From NCBI RefSeq assembly GCF_009914755.1, contig NC_060945.1: a stretch of DNA of 64,000 nt; one strand, 5' to 3'. The notes beneath the pieces are model-generated. The model had not been told where the DNA came from. It did not search any database and saw only the letters and a program-made list of their open reading frames with translations. The DNA is from the human T2T-CHM13v2.0 reference genome, Homo sapiens. Positions 1 to 16,628 of the stretch are shown piece by piece; position 1 is the first letter of the stretch, and each line of letters starts with the position of its first letter. A program made the position numbers and the translations under genes.

Positions 1-950
<950 letters not shown>

Positions 951-2340
951 CTTTTTTCTTATTTTGCTTCCTTTTTTTTTTCTTCACTGTTGTCTTTTTA
1001 TTTTCTATTTTAAGGATATTGGCTTAGTAAAAGAAACTAAAATACATCTGCATATAAATTAAATAAATGCCTCATTTTTAAACATTCTGTGAGTGTCTAT
1101 GTATAGCTGGTACCTTAATTGTAGTTGTTCAATAAATGATTTATCTTACTTTGGGAACTTTCTTAAAAAGCTTAAATCCCTCAATGTTAATAATAGTGAA
1201 AATCTTATGTTTGAAAAAATGCTTTTGAAAAACATATATTGGGTTACCCTTTTAAAGAAATATACTTAATATTGATATGAGTAATTTTTTAAAAGTAATC
1301 AAAGCTTTAGAGAGTAAGAGAAGAAATAAAAAAAAACAAAAACATTATGACAGTGTTTATATCCCTACTTATTAAATTCAACATGGAAAACAAGGAAGTA
1401 GAAAGTACTTTGTAAAATACCTAAAATGCCTGAATATAAGAAGTATTTGGATATTATAGATAACATTTTCTATACTACAATGTCACCTCAAATAGTGTAC
1501 ACACACAGTTATGAGGATATGATAGTCACTTAGAGGATTCATGCTGGGATTGAATAGTAGGACCACACATTTTAGGAAATTTTAAGCAGAAATGCTTTAG
1601 AAGAAATAGTCTTTATTTATTTATTTTTTTAAAAGAGCTTTTAAATTACTGAGTTCAAATACAGAAGAAGGCCTAAGTTTGAATTCATGGCGTATTGCTA
1701 TAATGCACTATTAGACTAATCCTTCATTTTCTTGTCAATTAAAGACTTACCTTTATTCACTGATTCACTTATCAGTAATTCGCTCGGTATTTTAAAGCTG
1801 GCTGTTAAAAATCCCTTTGTTTATGGCAATAAGGCACCATTCATTTTGTGAACTTTATAAAACCAACCTCTGCCAATTTTGCTCTTTGAGAATAGCTCTA
1901 AAGATGTGTTCCCACAGTAATTACTGATTCCAGAGATGTTCATTAAAGAATGAAGTCAGAGGCAAGTGTTTGAAACAATTGTATCCCACCAAAGCCAGCT
2001 TTACTGCGCACCTTCCCAGAATCTACAGTTTCTCCACGTTTAAGAAAATCACTGAACAACTTCATACAAAATTTGTACTTTTGAGTGCTTTTACCTGCAG
2101 TAGCATTAAAGATGAGTATTATTTTTTACATATTTGTATTGAAATCAGATGCAGGGAAAGATGGAGGGAAAGCTAGGATGCTTTGAATGTGGGCCCAGTT
2201 GTCCGTCATATAGCTTCTGTGAATAGTATGGGTCAATCTTGTGTTCCTGCTCTATGTTGCCCACTTACCCAGAGTGACCAGGGTGAGAAAAGAAAAGGAG
2301 GGGAGAAACTTCAGTGAAGCCAGCCAAATCTTAGCAGAGA

Positions 2341-2385
2341 AAAATAAATAAATAAATAATAAATAAATAAATAAATAAATAAAAT
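2341..2385 (+). repeat. (AAAT)n microsatellite
   Basis: About 10 AAAT units with one interruption. Confidence 0.9.
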
Positions 2386-3194
2386 GGTTGTGGAGTTGAA
2401 TATTTCTTTTAAAATGGATTTGTTATTGCAGAAGAGTAGGAAGAAAAGTTTAATTCTTTTATTAGCTTATTATCAGAACCTGAAATGCTGGAGTGTGTTT
2501 TAGGTACTGCATAGCTATCCTGCAGTTACAGCCCAACCTCCCACTGAGCCATAATGGGCAAAGGAAGAGAGAAAATTCACAGTGAGAGAGCAGGGAGAGA
2601 GAGATTTTGCTATCAGCCTGTCAGTGACAGATCTGAATGATAAACGCCTTACAGAAATGAAGTTACATTTATTTTTATTGCATGAAAATATATAACAGAC
2701 AAAGGAAGGAAGTCAGAAAACGGGATTAGGTATATTTTCTAAATCTTTAGGTGTTAAACAGACTAGAGACCAGTCACTTGTAAATGAACACATTCCTTGT
2801 TTGGATGCAAACAACCCAGCCAAATTAGTTTCCTAAGTGCTTGGAAACAGCTTTCTGTTTTTGGCTTCCAGACCTGAGTTCTTTCATTCATACTATTTTT
2901 TTTTTCTTTTTGTTCAATCCTTATTAATCACCAATATTTCAAATACTTTGTAAATATAGATTGGTTTCATTAGAGTTAATGTATTTGGGGGCCAACAGGT
3001 TGAATGAATGATTTTATTTTAAAATTCCAAGATCCTGCCTGATACCTGGAGTATAATACTGAGCATCCTGAGGAGAAATGTTGCAATAGCAGGCTTTTGT
3101 GAACCATATCCCAAGAACTGCAGATCCTTGCACTGTGGTGACTGGGAACATTTACTCAGGATTCAGCCTGCTAGCATTTGAACACTGAGAGATT

Positions 3195-3660
<466 letters not shown>

Positions 3661-3880
3661 TAATATTACATACTGATGACTGGAGCACCTTTTTAAAAAA
3701 GTTATGCTTATTCCTAAATAAAAAATAATTCACATACCTATTACCAAAAATTCAGAAAAATAGAACTATAGATATAAACCGTATTTAGAAAATAAGAATC
3801 CAGTGTTATCTTACTACCTGACTGTATCTATCCACTATCAGTACAGCTATCAGATGCCTTTATTAACATGATCCCATTCA

Positions 3881-4217
3881 GGCTGGGTGTGGTGGCTCAC
3901 ACCTGTAATGCCTCTCTTTGGGGTGCTGAGGCAGAGCAGATTGCTTGAGCTCAGGAGTTCAACAACAGCCTGGCCAACATAGAGAAACCTCATCTCTACA
4001 AAAAAATACAAAAATGAGCCAGGCGTGGTGGCATGTGCCTGTAGTCCCAGCTACTTGCGGGCAAGAGGATCGCTTGAACCCGGGAGGTGGAGGTTGCAGT
4101 GAGCCGAGATCACACCACTGCACCACTGCACTCCAGCATGGATGACAGAGCAAGACCCTGTCTCAAAAAAATAAATAAATACATAAATAAAATGAAATAA
4201 AGAAAAAAGAAAGAAAA
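3881..4217 (+). mobile_element. Alu (AluJ-like)
   Basis: Dimer with J-type 'ttgagctcaggagttc' and 'gaggatcgcttga'; degenerate A-rich tail. Confidence 0.93.
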
Positions 4218-4489
4218 TTCCTATTAAAAAACACTTACTGTGTTTATTACAAGTTAATTATTTACTGCCAGTTCATAGCCATCTTTCCATCAATAAATAT
4301 AGATGTACCAACTGATTGATGTTAGTGTCTTCATCATGCTCCATGCTCCATAGTGGTCCATAATTTAAGTAGTCACCCCTGGCATCTTAAATATTTTTTG
4401 TAAATATAGATAATAAAAATGCCTTCAGTCAGCACATTCTTGTTTGCTGTCCCTGGAGTGTTTGGATGACCATTAAAAATGGCAGAAGG

Positions 4490-4720
4490 CTGACTTGGTT
4501 TTTAGGCCTGAATTACAGCCCTGCCATCTACAAGCTGTGTGACTGTGAGCAAGTTACATAACCTTACTGTATCACAAGTATTTTTTTTCTCATTTATAAA
4601 ATGATGATAATAAGAGTATCTAGCTGACATGATTGCTGAGCAGAGAAAGATGTTAAGACACATAAAGCTTTGGAGACTGGTTTCTGGTCTATGATTTTTA
4701 CTCAGGAAGTATTAGCTTGA
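4490..4720 (+). mobile_element. MIR
   Basis: 'ctgccatctacaagctgtgtgactgtgagcaagttacataacc…ctcatttataaaatga'. Confidence 0.7.
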
Positions 4721-5070
4721 GGCTATGTAAAATCTTGGCATTTCTCCCAAATCATCAAAGGTAAATTATGTTATTCCTTTGAATTAGCTAAATTGTATTG
4801 CTATAAAAATTTACTTGCAATCTTAACATTTCACTGCAATATGTATGCATACTTTGGGATGTTTACATGTGAAAATGCACATTATCCTACACACTTCAAT
4901 TCTCAAACCATGTTGGTTAGAGAAGAGATTAATAGTTATTTCTAGACACACTATACACAGAACAATTTGGAGAAAAATCACCATTGGACAGTAGCAACTA
5001 GTTTAATATTTGGCGTCTTTTATTTTCTCTTTTAACATTTCCAAGGAATAGGGGACGCTCTTGTCAATGA

Positions 5071-5368
<298 letters not shown>

Positions 5369-6252
5369 AGTGACTAAGGTTTATTACACCACCTGGATAG
5401 ATGCAGGGCTAGGGGCATGAAGACAGGAAGGTACTCCCACTTTTCAAGGACAGAATGTGGGGCGGGTGGTAAAATCTGAAGAGATCCTGAAAAATTGTCC
5501 TCCTTTAGGTGTTGTGATGTATTGCTTCTGCAATGGCCATCCAATCTTAAATACCTAAGTCTAGATATGGCATCCTTATTATGTAATTCTGGAACAAAAG
5601 TTACCCTAATAAAGAGCTTCAAACCCGCTAGGACCCACTCAAAATAGGGTAATAATACTCCAAGACATTCAGAAATTTCCTCTGTTCCCAGTGGGCTAGT
5701 CAGGACAGGGCAGTGAGAGCCCTCAGGCTAGCTCCCCTGGCCTCAGCAACTCCATTCACTTCCCCCAAAAGGGTCCTAAATAAATTTAAATTTCTCTATG
5801 TACCTCGACATGAAATAGTTGGAAAGCACACTCTTAAATGCCACTTTACTGACTGTACTGGCTAAAACAATGAGCTGTGTACGTATGAAAAAGAATGTTC
5901 ATGTGTTTTCTTTGTCAATTACATTAATTTATACCCTTGCTAGTGTTTCTGAAAGAGACTAATAGTTCCCTCAAATACATTTAATGACCCAGTTTGAGAA
6001 ATACTGTTCTAGAAATTAACACTAGTAATAATTTTGTGCTCATATGATTACACATACAAATATAAATTCTTGCAACTTAAACTCCATAGAAAAACTTGGA
6101 TGTAACCTGGCTATGTGGATGAAAAACTGCTAATGTTAATATGTCTTTTAGCAGATGATCAAAATAAAAACAATACAATCTAATAATTCCCATAAACATC
6201 TGAAATCCTCTAAAAACATGTCTATGTAGACCATAAGGTAATATTATTCTAA

Positions 6253-6437
6253 AGCAATGATTCCCAGAATGTGCTCCCAGGGCAGTAGATCTGTATCATC
6301 TAGAAACTTATGGAAAGCTAATTCTTGTGACCCACTCCAGATTTACTGAAACAGAAGATGTGGAGGATGGGACCCAGTCAACTGTAGTTTAAGAAGCTCT
6401 TCAGGTGATTCTGATGTGCTCCAGTTTGCAAACCACA
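6253..6437. mobile_element. MER5A-like hAT-Charlie element
   Basis: 'ccactccagatttactgaaacagaa…ttcaggtgattctgatgtgctccagtttgcaaaccac' matches the MER5A pattern. Confidence 0.7.
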
Positions 6438-7762
6438 TAATGAGGCTGAGTCCTTTTCAGTCATTCCACACCAAATGAGCACTGTCGTATGTTTACCTTA
6501 GGAAACATACCCTCAATTGAGTGGGGCTGCTGATATTTCAATTCCTTTTAAAGAGTTTGTCTCAGAGCCAATCTGTAACAAAAGAGAAATTCAGTTTCAT
6601 TATTTTATAGTCAAATCTCATTAAGTAGTTGCTGAGATGTTTGTATGAAACTCAGATTTGACTTTGCCCTGCACTGTGAACAAAGACGATGAAACATTTT
6701 CACATTTGGAATGATTAGTCATCAGGAGATGCAGTCACAAAATTTTATTGAAAGCCTAATATTTATTCAAAAGCCTTTGATAGACTGCTTTTGGAACTTC
6801 TGCGACATTCTCCACCATAATATTGTTTAGCCTCTAACTCTCCCTAAATTGCCTTTGGTCAGAAAAGTTAACGTGGTTACTGCTTTGTTTATTTGACTTT
6901 CCTACCTCCTGATTCAGAGTAGAGTTAGCTTTGGAAGGAGACTAAGAGTCAAGCGCTTGCCTGAGTAAAACCTATTTTTGGCCAAGAGAACTCAAAACCA
7001 AAACCTTATATATATCCACCTTATTGCCCAGCTAACTTGGCTACTAATTTCTCTGCTACTATGAAATTCTCTTTCAAATTCCTAATTCATAGTCAAGTCT
7101 CATCTTGTTCCAGAGCAATTATGGTGGTTGGGAAGCCCAAGATGAGAAGGGTAACACAGGAACAAGGAAGCTGAATCCTAACAGTCAATCCTGCTTGTTC
7201 CTACTATCTCATACCTTACCAGCATTCCATCCTGAGGACTTAACTACCAACTTCAAGCTAGCCCATGTCTCATCTTGTGGTTCATCATGTCTCGTCATTT
7301 TGTGGCAAACTGTCCAGGATGACCCCCATTTTTTGCAAAAAAAGAAGACACAGAGGGGGAATAATCTTGGTTTTTCTCCAAACCCTAGATGTAGCTCATA
7401 TCTGTGTTTCCTGAAGTTTTCTCTCTAGTACTCTTGCAGCCTGAGGCTTTTTCCAGAATCCAAGGGAGTGGGAAGAAAAAATGAGGGAAAGTCATGGTCC
7501 CTGAAGAAAGAGGGACGCTCAGTAAAGTCCAGCAGACAGAGCACCAGCCAGGGATGTGGTGGGCGGAGCCAAGGACATTAAGCTAAAAGAATATGAAACT
7601 TAAATCTATTGCCATGTCCCAGGGAAAAGTGGTGATGAAATTTCAATGAACAAAGCTTACTGTTATTTATCACTTTGTATGTACCTTTACTTTTTTACAC
7701 AAATGAGATCATATCACATATTTCTTTTGAAACTGCTTTTTTTTATTTAAAAATTTATGACA

Positions 7763-8286
<524 letters not shown>

Positions 8287-8315
8287 AGTATATCTTTTTC
8301 TAAGCCTTCACAGTA

Positions 8316-8921
8316 TAGGTTGAGCATTCGTTATCCAAAATACTAGGGACCAGCAGTGTTTTGGATTTTCGATTTTGGAATATTTGCCTATGCACAATGA
8401 GCTATCTTCCAGATGGAACCCAAGTATAAGCACAAATTTCATTTATGTTTCATATGCACCTTATATACATAGCCTAAGGTTAATTTTATCCAATATTTTA
8501 AATAATTTTGTTCATTAAACAAAGTTTGTGTCAAGTACTTACATGCGGAATTTTCTTTTTTTTTTTCAGATCTTTCTTTTTTTTAATTTTATTATTATTT
8601 TACTTCAAGTTTTAGGGTACATGTGCACAATATGCAGGTTTGTTACATATGTATACATGTGCCATGTCAGTGTGTTGCACCCATTAACTCGTCATTTAGC
8701 ATTAGGTATATCTCCTAATGCTGTCCCTCCCCCCTCCCTCCACCCCACGACAGGCCCCGGTGTGTGATGTTCCCCTTCCTGTGTCCATGTGTTCTCATTG
8801 TTCAATTCCCACCCATGAGTGAGAATGGAATTTTCTACCTGTGGCATTGTGTCAGTGCTCAAAATTTCAAATTTTGGAGCATTTCAGATTTGGAATTTTT
8901 AGATTAGGAATGTTCAATCTG
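8316..8921. mobile_element. Tigger4/MER46 (Zombi)-like TcMar element, interrupted by an L1
   Basis: TIR-like ends 'taggttgagcattcgttatccaaaa' and 'ttttagattaggaatgttcaatctg', each flanked by TA. Confidence 0.75.
8557..8826 (-). mobile_element. L1PA (about PA4-6) 3' end
   Basis: Antisense L1 3'UTR ('agttttagggtacatgtgcacaa…cccacccatgagtgagaa'). TSD ggaattttct at 8547-8556 and 8827-8836. Confidence 0.93.
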
Positions 8922-9163
8922 TATTCTCTTGTTGTATAAGATACCTATAAAAACCATCTTCTATACTTATTGCTTTCATTTTTTTTGACCAGACTCTTTA
9001 ATGTTTTCCCATGAGTACTTAGAATAAAACCCTAAAATACCAGCATGAGCATTTGCACTGTTTTATTTGTTAATTTTAATATTTATTTATAACAATGATA
9101 CTTTAAAATTTTTCAAAACCAAGACTATATACAAATATATACTGAGATGTTCCCTTTCCACCA

Positions 9164-9438
9164 TTTTTATTTATTTATTTATTGAGACAGAGTCTCACTC
9201 TGTCTCCCAGGCTTGAGTGCAATGGCGCGATCTCTCTGCCTCTCGGGTTCAAGTGATTCTCCTGCCTCAGCCTCTGGAGTAGCTGGGATTACAGGTATGC
9301 ACCACCGTGCCCAGCTAATTTTTGTATTTTTAGTAGAGATGGGGTTTCACATGTTGGCCAGGCTAGTCTCGAACTTATGACCTCAGATGATCCACCCACC
9401 TTGGCCTCCCAGAATGCTTGGATTACAGGTGCCCAGCC
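9164..9438 (-). mobile_element. Alu (AluS) with two short internal deletions
   Basis: (TTTA)n tail; lacks the 'ggctcactgcaac' and 'gagccaccg' segments. Confidence 0.93.
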
Positions 9439-10021
9439 AATTCATTTTTTTTCTGTAAAATTAATGCTACTCTGATGGCCCCTAATTCTGACTAAACTCC
9501 TTTCAGAATCTAGGATTATTAATCATCTTAATTTTTTTCTGAATTATAATAAAGTAGATAATAATCTGGGCATCTCAAATGCCATTTCTCATCCTATAAT
9601 TCTGAAAAATATTGTTTAGTTGATGCCACACAATTCCTGGTAATTCTTTGGAAAAAGTTAATATGTGGGACAATATAATTGTCAAAAATAAACCTGGGAT
9701 TTTTCTTCCATGATCTTCCATAGGTAGCAAAGGAGAATTAGTACAATTTAAATGTAGGCATGTTTCTGAAATTTAGGTTGTTCACCCATGGATACATAGT
9801 CTTACTAAATATCTTATTTCATATTATAACATTAAAGGGATTTATAAAGATTGAATATTATAATCTTACTTGAACCGATATTTTACTGCTTTTTTCTTAT
9901 TTTAATTAGCATGTCAGTAACTGTAGAATGGTATCAGATAACCTTTAGTCTTGTTTATTTCCAACAAAACTTTTCTAATTCTTGAAAGATTAACATAATC
10001 TTGCACTAATTTGCATTCTAG

Positions 10022-10200
10022 TACGATGCTTTTCAACCTTGACTGCACATTAGAGTCACCTGGGGAGAGTTAAAAAATTCCAATGCCAAGGGCACCACAG
10101 ACCAATTAAATATAAATATTTGATGGTAGGACCTAGGCCACAGTATGTTTTAAAGCTCCCCAGGTAACTCCAATGTGCCGCCAAGCTTGAGAAACACTGC
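10022..10200. mobile_element. MER5B-like element
   Basis: 'ctgcacattagagtcacctgggga…aagctccccaggtaactccaatgtg…ttgagaaacactgc'. Confidence 0.7.
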
Positions 10201-11316
10201 TCCTGGGAAAGAAATAATTATCTAGTTTTTGTTCATTTTTTTCCAATTAGAATTTATTTCAGCATGCTTTCCTGGAAGTATCCGTTTTGTTAAATTTGGC
10301 ATTGAAAACCAAAAACTAAAATAACAATTCTTTGTTTTTAGATTTGATGTGAAAAGAATAAATTCTCAGTAAGAGAAATCATATTGTGTGTAGAGTTTCA
10401 GTCTACATTTTGGAGTGTTGGGGAGAGAAGTTCATAGCTTTCTTCAGATTCTCAGTGTGATGTTTCTGTGGTAGGTAGGGAATTGACTGCAGGAAGAAAC
10501 ATGTTTTGTTACTGGTTTGTACCTGACCCTTGTCCATGTAAACACAGAATGCCCCTCTCTGAAGTGGTTATAATGTAATCTGAGTCGAGCATTGAATTCT
10601 GTGAGTGATGATTCTCCGCTCACACTATAGCAAACTATAAAACTTCCATGCACACTTTTAATGAAACAAACTAGCCACATGCAAAAGAGGGCAAATGAGT
10701 TGTGATTCAAAAGACAATCTCAGAATGTGGGTAGAGCTGGCATTATTTCTTCCTTATGATTGAATAGCTCATTATTATTCATGGGTGAACTAAAAAGTAA
10801 AATCTAGTAGTTTGGAGAAGTTTTTATCCAGCTGTGGAAAGTAGCTCAGTGGGCAAAAACTCTCCTCTGTCCTGTTAAAGAAGAAATGGGGGCTTTCTAG
10901 CATAGGGAAAAGATGGTTGTCATCAGAAGTTGGGGCTACTTTGTCTTTAAATATAATTTTTCATGTGTATACTTCTGAGAGAAGTTATGTAGTAGAAAAT
11001 TCATAGAATTTTAATTTGAAAAGACATGATCCAGTGGCTAGTGAGAAGAAGGAGATCATTATATAAAAATTTTGGGGTGGGGCTTGAGGGGAGAACAGAG
11101 TTGGATTTCTGATTCTCAATTTTATTTCCTGCTATTGAATAAGATACTAGATAATATTCATTGGATTACTTTAATATTTATGGGTTTTTTATATAATAGA
11201 AAGTGTTTTTTTCCCCTCAGACTTTTCTTGTAAATCCTATAGGCCATTGATTTTTCCATTCTTTGCGAATTGGATATTTTACTAGGAATATCCTGGTAAA
11301 AGTCTAAAGATTTATG

Positions 11317-11617
11317 TGGTAGTCTACCATTATCGTATGGCTTCACTCACTGAGGTTTCAGCTACTCACCGCCGACCAGAGTTTGAAAATAAATTATTAC
11401 AGTAAAATAAGGTATTTTGAAATAGAGACTACATTTGCATACCTTATATTACAGTATATTGTTTTAATTCTTCTATTTTATGATTAGTTATAGTGTATAT
11501 AGGGATTGATACTATTTTATTAGTAGTCATCGCATATATAGGGTTTGATACTATTAGCGGTTTAGGTATTCGCTGAGGATCTGGAACATTTCCTCCACAG
11601 ATAAGGGGGGGCTATTG
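11317..11617. mobile_element. MER44A-like (Tigger7-derived) MITE
   Basis: Degenerate TIRs ('gtagtctaccattatc' and 'gataagggggggctattg'); internal 'ttacagtatattgttttaatt…tatatagggtttgatactat'. Confidence 0.75.
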
Positions 11618-11620
11618 TAG

Positions 11621-11969
<349 letters not shown>

Positions 11970-13169
11970 GTAGATGTATATTTTCATTACAAAAGCAATT
12001 ATATTGGCAAGGTGATGTATTGAATCCCATGATAGTTATTCTTTAATTTAGAGGACATAATGTTACTGATTTTTGTCTGGAGCCTCAAACATACCCAATT
12101 ACAGGACAACCTGCATTGTTACTTTTAATGAATTACATTTGATACCAGGATTTTCTTCCTTCAGACTTCTTAAAGCATGCTTTCAAATATACTGGCCTGC
12201 CAGTAATTTCACCCAATTTGTTCCCTTAGATAGGGTAATTTCATCAAAGTTTTCCCGCATGGCCAGAATCTGTATTAGCTATTTGGTGTGCTATAAATTT
12301 AAAAGCTAGTAGTATTCTTCCCACTGCTTATATACAAACAAAAAAACAGATGTTGTGATTACACTGTAATGTTCCTGCCTAAAGTAAATTTAGATGTAAG
12401 AATATCGTCTTTATAGGTATTGTAGCAAAGTATGTCATTCTTTCTCATTTAGCTTAAATGGAGGTTTAATAAAATTGCTACTTATCAAAAGAGAAACTCC
12501 AGGGGAAGACTAAATAAATGAGGTGATATTTTAAAAGTTAATGAATGAGGTGCCTTGATCTGTGGTTCCATTATACTCTTTTCATTGCTTCACAGAGCTC
12601 TTAAAACATAAGATGTGATGAAAAGAGTAGGTAAGCTAATTTGAACATTGCCTTAAAACGTAGGCAGTGAAACACTCTTATTATGCCTACCAAGGGGCTG
12701 AGAGTAGAAAGTCCATTATTCTAGAAAACATTAGGAGGCAAAATGTAAAATGCAAATTAATCTTCTTTATAATATAATGAAAATTAAAAGTGAACTGTGT
12801 TTAAAGTGAGTAAAGCTGTAAAAATTTGGTGAAACAAACTATAATAAAACATATTTTTAAAATTTACTTTAACCATTACTTTGATGATATTACTGATAAT
12901 TCTACTTTACAAGACTCATTTGTGTTATATATTATGAGCATAGTTTTATAATCAGTATAGATCACACTACTAATGCCAACTTATTTCACATTGGTGATTC
13001 TGAAACTTCTTTATTTTGGATGTCTATATGGCTGGTTTTAACAAAACTACTAAAACATCCTGTACTTAATTAGGACTCTTTTTTCACAAGCAACCAATTC
13101 CAATTTGAGCAAATTTAAACCAAAAATATATGTATTAAACAGCTGCTGGATTATCTCATGTCATCTAAT

Positions 13170-13172
<3 letters not shown>

Positions 13173-13202
<30 letters not shown>
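13173..13202 (+). repeat. A30 homopolymer
   Basis: 30 consecutive A. Confidence 0.95.
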
Positions 13203-13205
<3 letters not shown>

Positions 13206-13219
13206 TTGTTCTTTAGGAG

Positions 13220-13500
13220 AGACAGAAACTGGATCCTTAATGTCTGCTGAAATATTTTCTCTGTGCTCGGTCTCTGCTTCTTTCTGTGTGTCTATCTCAT
13301 CTCTGTTTCTATGCCAGCTGTTGATTCCAATCCTCAGAGAAGCTGGACTAGGGTTCCTCCACATTTATGAATTTACGTCTATTTCCAAAGACTTGGATTA
13401 AGCTGAAAAAGAGTTTCTCAATTTTAATTCTACATTCCTTGGAGAAAGAGTGTGATTGATCCAGCTACATCAAGTCAGCTGGGATTAGAGGAAAGAGTTT
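13220..13500. mobile_element. Old MaLR (MLT1J/K-like) LTR fragment
   Basis: Weak similarity ('attccttggagaaagagtgtgattgatccagct'). Confidence 0.35.
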
Positions 13501-14535
13501 CACTTGCTCGTGGGCACCCATCCCTGTGGATGGAGAAAGTAGTTATGACAGAAGAGGAACTGACATGAAATCCCAGGAAATGTTCATTACCACCCCGTTA
13601 GATAACTAAGAAGTGTCAGTTTAATGTTTTCATTATTTTAAGTGAATTAGCCACCAGAGAAAATCTTAGTTTTTAAGATATAAGATAAATTAATATAGTG
13701 TTTTTTTCATTGAATAACCTTTTCTTGTACTAAATAAACTAGTTCATACTATCAGAAAATCCTTAAATTCTTATATCAGTATTCTGTAACTTGAATAGTT
13801 GCTCTTTAATTTTTTTATATTCTTGAGTATGCTTATGGACCATTGGAGAAGTGGAAAAGTAAATTTTGGATTTGGATTACCAGGTAAAACTTATCCTCGT
13901 TCTGATATGAATTAGGTAATTTTAAAGTGGCATTAAGTAAACTACAAAGTGTATAGTACATAAATGCCATTTAGAGGTAAAATATTATTCAGAATATGAA
14001 TACTTAGAAGGAGAATTAGAAATTATCACATCCCAAACAATTTAATAGGTATGAATAAGTAAGTAATGCTCAGAAGGGTACAGAGTCTTTTATTCAAAGT
14101 TACAAAAACTGTTTAGAGAAAACTTTTAACGAAGAGCCCTATCTTCAGATTCTCAACTTTACGTTAGTTGCTTAGCCATATATGAAAACCAAATGAACCA
14201 ATCTGAACTGCTCCTGTCAAGGAGATGCACTCTCTTTCCATAAAAGAGAAACTCTAGGACCTTAGGAGATAGTAATGCAATGTTTATCCTCATATGAAAT
14301 TTAAATAATCGTCTGTTTTACTGATTCGGAAGTTTCTGGTCAGTATTGCAACTGAGAAAGATACACAAAGGCATATTAGGGATATACCTATTAGAGTATC
14401 AGGTAGTCTTCTCATAGAGTCCATGTTTTCAACTCATTCACATCTCTATATTACTTAAGAAGATGACTTAAGAAGATTGTGCGAAGTGAGTTCACAGAAT
14501 AAATAGCTGTCAATAAGGCTCACCCAGACGACTGG

Positions 14536-14537
<2 letters not shown>

Positions 14538-14577
<40 letters not shown>
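14538..14577 (+). repeat. (GT)20 microsatellite
   Basis: Pure GT run. Confidence 0.97.
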
Positions 14578-14581
<4 letters not shown>

Positions 14582-16628
14582 CTGTTATGGTAAGGAATAT
14601 GCAAAACTTTATTTTTTCTGATAAAATCTTAAGATAAATCCATTTCTTTTCAGGACTGGTAATTATATTTCTAGTAGGATTTACTTATTCATAATTGCCT
14701 TTAATTTAGATTTTGAAGTCTTCCATTACAGTGAGTTAATAAAGAGAATGAGAGTTGCAATATCTTCATGTTAGTAAAGAGTTTTTCTGTTTATGCTCTT
14801 TATTTTAGGCATAAATGATTTGTAATAGTGGCCATGGTTTCAGTAATTCATTGGCACTTAAGGGGCAGTATTAAGATGTTATGGTGATTAGTAAACTTTT
14901 CTCTGTAACTTCAGTGCTGCTTAGAAAAGTGATCGTGTTAATGAAGGACTTGTATAGGATTAGTTCATCTGTATATTTATTTTTAACAACTCAAATTATC
15001 TGCGTAAGAACATTTAAGTACCCTTATATACAGGTGAGAGCCTGCTTGTTGGGAAAAAATAACGTGAGATTAGGTATATTTAGCTCTTTCTCTACTACTA
15101 TTTTGCTGTGTACCATTGAAATAAATGACTTTATCTTCCTAGGCATTACCTGTTAAATGTAGAGTTTAACATTAAATATCCAGGGTATTTTCTAGCTCTG
15201 TTTATGTTTCTATAATAAATGTTAATTGTACATATAAACATAAATCCAAATTTCATAGATGATGATATAAACTTAGGTCTCATTGTTTTGAAAATTTAAA
15301 ATAAATAACTATGTAGCAATCAATTGCCTCCTATTATTAACTATCTTTATTCTCTCCTTAGTATCATCCCACTTTTGGTAATTCCAAGAACTCATGAAAA
15401 GATTTCACAAACCAATAATCAGCATTGATTTTTAACACACTAGAAGCTATAGTTACCCAATGTTATTTTCAATTCCTTTCCATATTTCATACTCATATTA
15501 GTATTCTGAACTTCAAGTAATAAGTATGGAAGAGTCAAAATTAAAAAGAAGAGAAAAGGGGAACATAAAACATTATTTTTAACTGTGGGGAAGGCCATTG
15601 TTTCCAAGGAGAAAATAAAATGCTGACTCCCAACATTCTGGGGCATAGATGATCTCCTCCCTTCCTCCACATCCATTTAGATTTGTTTTTTATGAATGGG
15701 TGCATGAAAAAGGAACTAATACCATATGGCATTTTCAGGTTCAGCAATGAAAAGTAAGGAAGGCAAAAATGAAATATTGGAATAAACACTCAGAGCTTAG
15801 GAAATGGGAGTTCCAGATCTGGTGCCTTGTACCAAATTTCTGGTGATGTTTATTAAATCTCTTTATTTCCCTACCCTTTCTTTCAATATCTGTAAATTGA
15901 GGAGTTTCAGCTACACTTACTCTAAGCTCACTTTAAACTGTAAACATATTTATTTTAGGATGTATTTTCTTTATGTGTTTATAAACAAATACTTTTCTTC
16001 ATGTAGTTGTTAGCTTTTTAATCCATAAACATTTTTCAATACCTTTACCCATATCATTTGGAATATGTTCAGGGGATACAAATAATTTAAATATTTTTAA
16101 GCAAATATTTCAAATGTAAATATTTCAAATATTTGTTTAAGCAAACTATAGAGAGAAATGTAAAGTTTTGATGGCACTTTCTTTTTCCTGTGTTATCTTC
16201 TATCCTTACTAATGCATTATAAGCAAGGTTTGTTTTTTAGATAGTCCCTCAAGTCAGTTTCTACCAATGGATTAAGGCCTAACAGAAGACCATTGCTCCT
16301 TAAGACAAAACAAATACAAATCATAAAACTAACAAACACAACGCAAGAAAATTCTGCATTAAAAATTAGTTGGAGTAATAAATCACAATAAATGAAAAGG
16401 CAAACATGGGAATTATTTTCACAAGATGATAAATAAGCCAAGATTTTGCTCTTTTACAATCTCATTTAAGCTGTAACATACACTCTTGCAAAAAAAATCG
16501 TCACGAATAGCCTACAGGCAATAAAGAGGGTGGGCCTACTTAGTTAATTTTAAATTGTCAGCTCTTTTTTTCCTATTCTTTCAGTAAAATAAACTGTTTT
16601 GCTGAATAAGAGGGTTAAGAAAAGGCCT

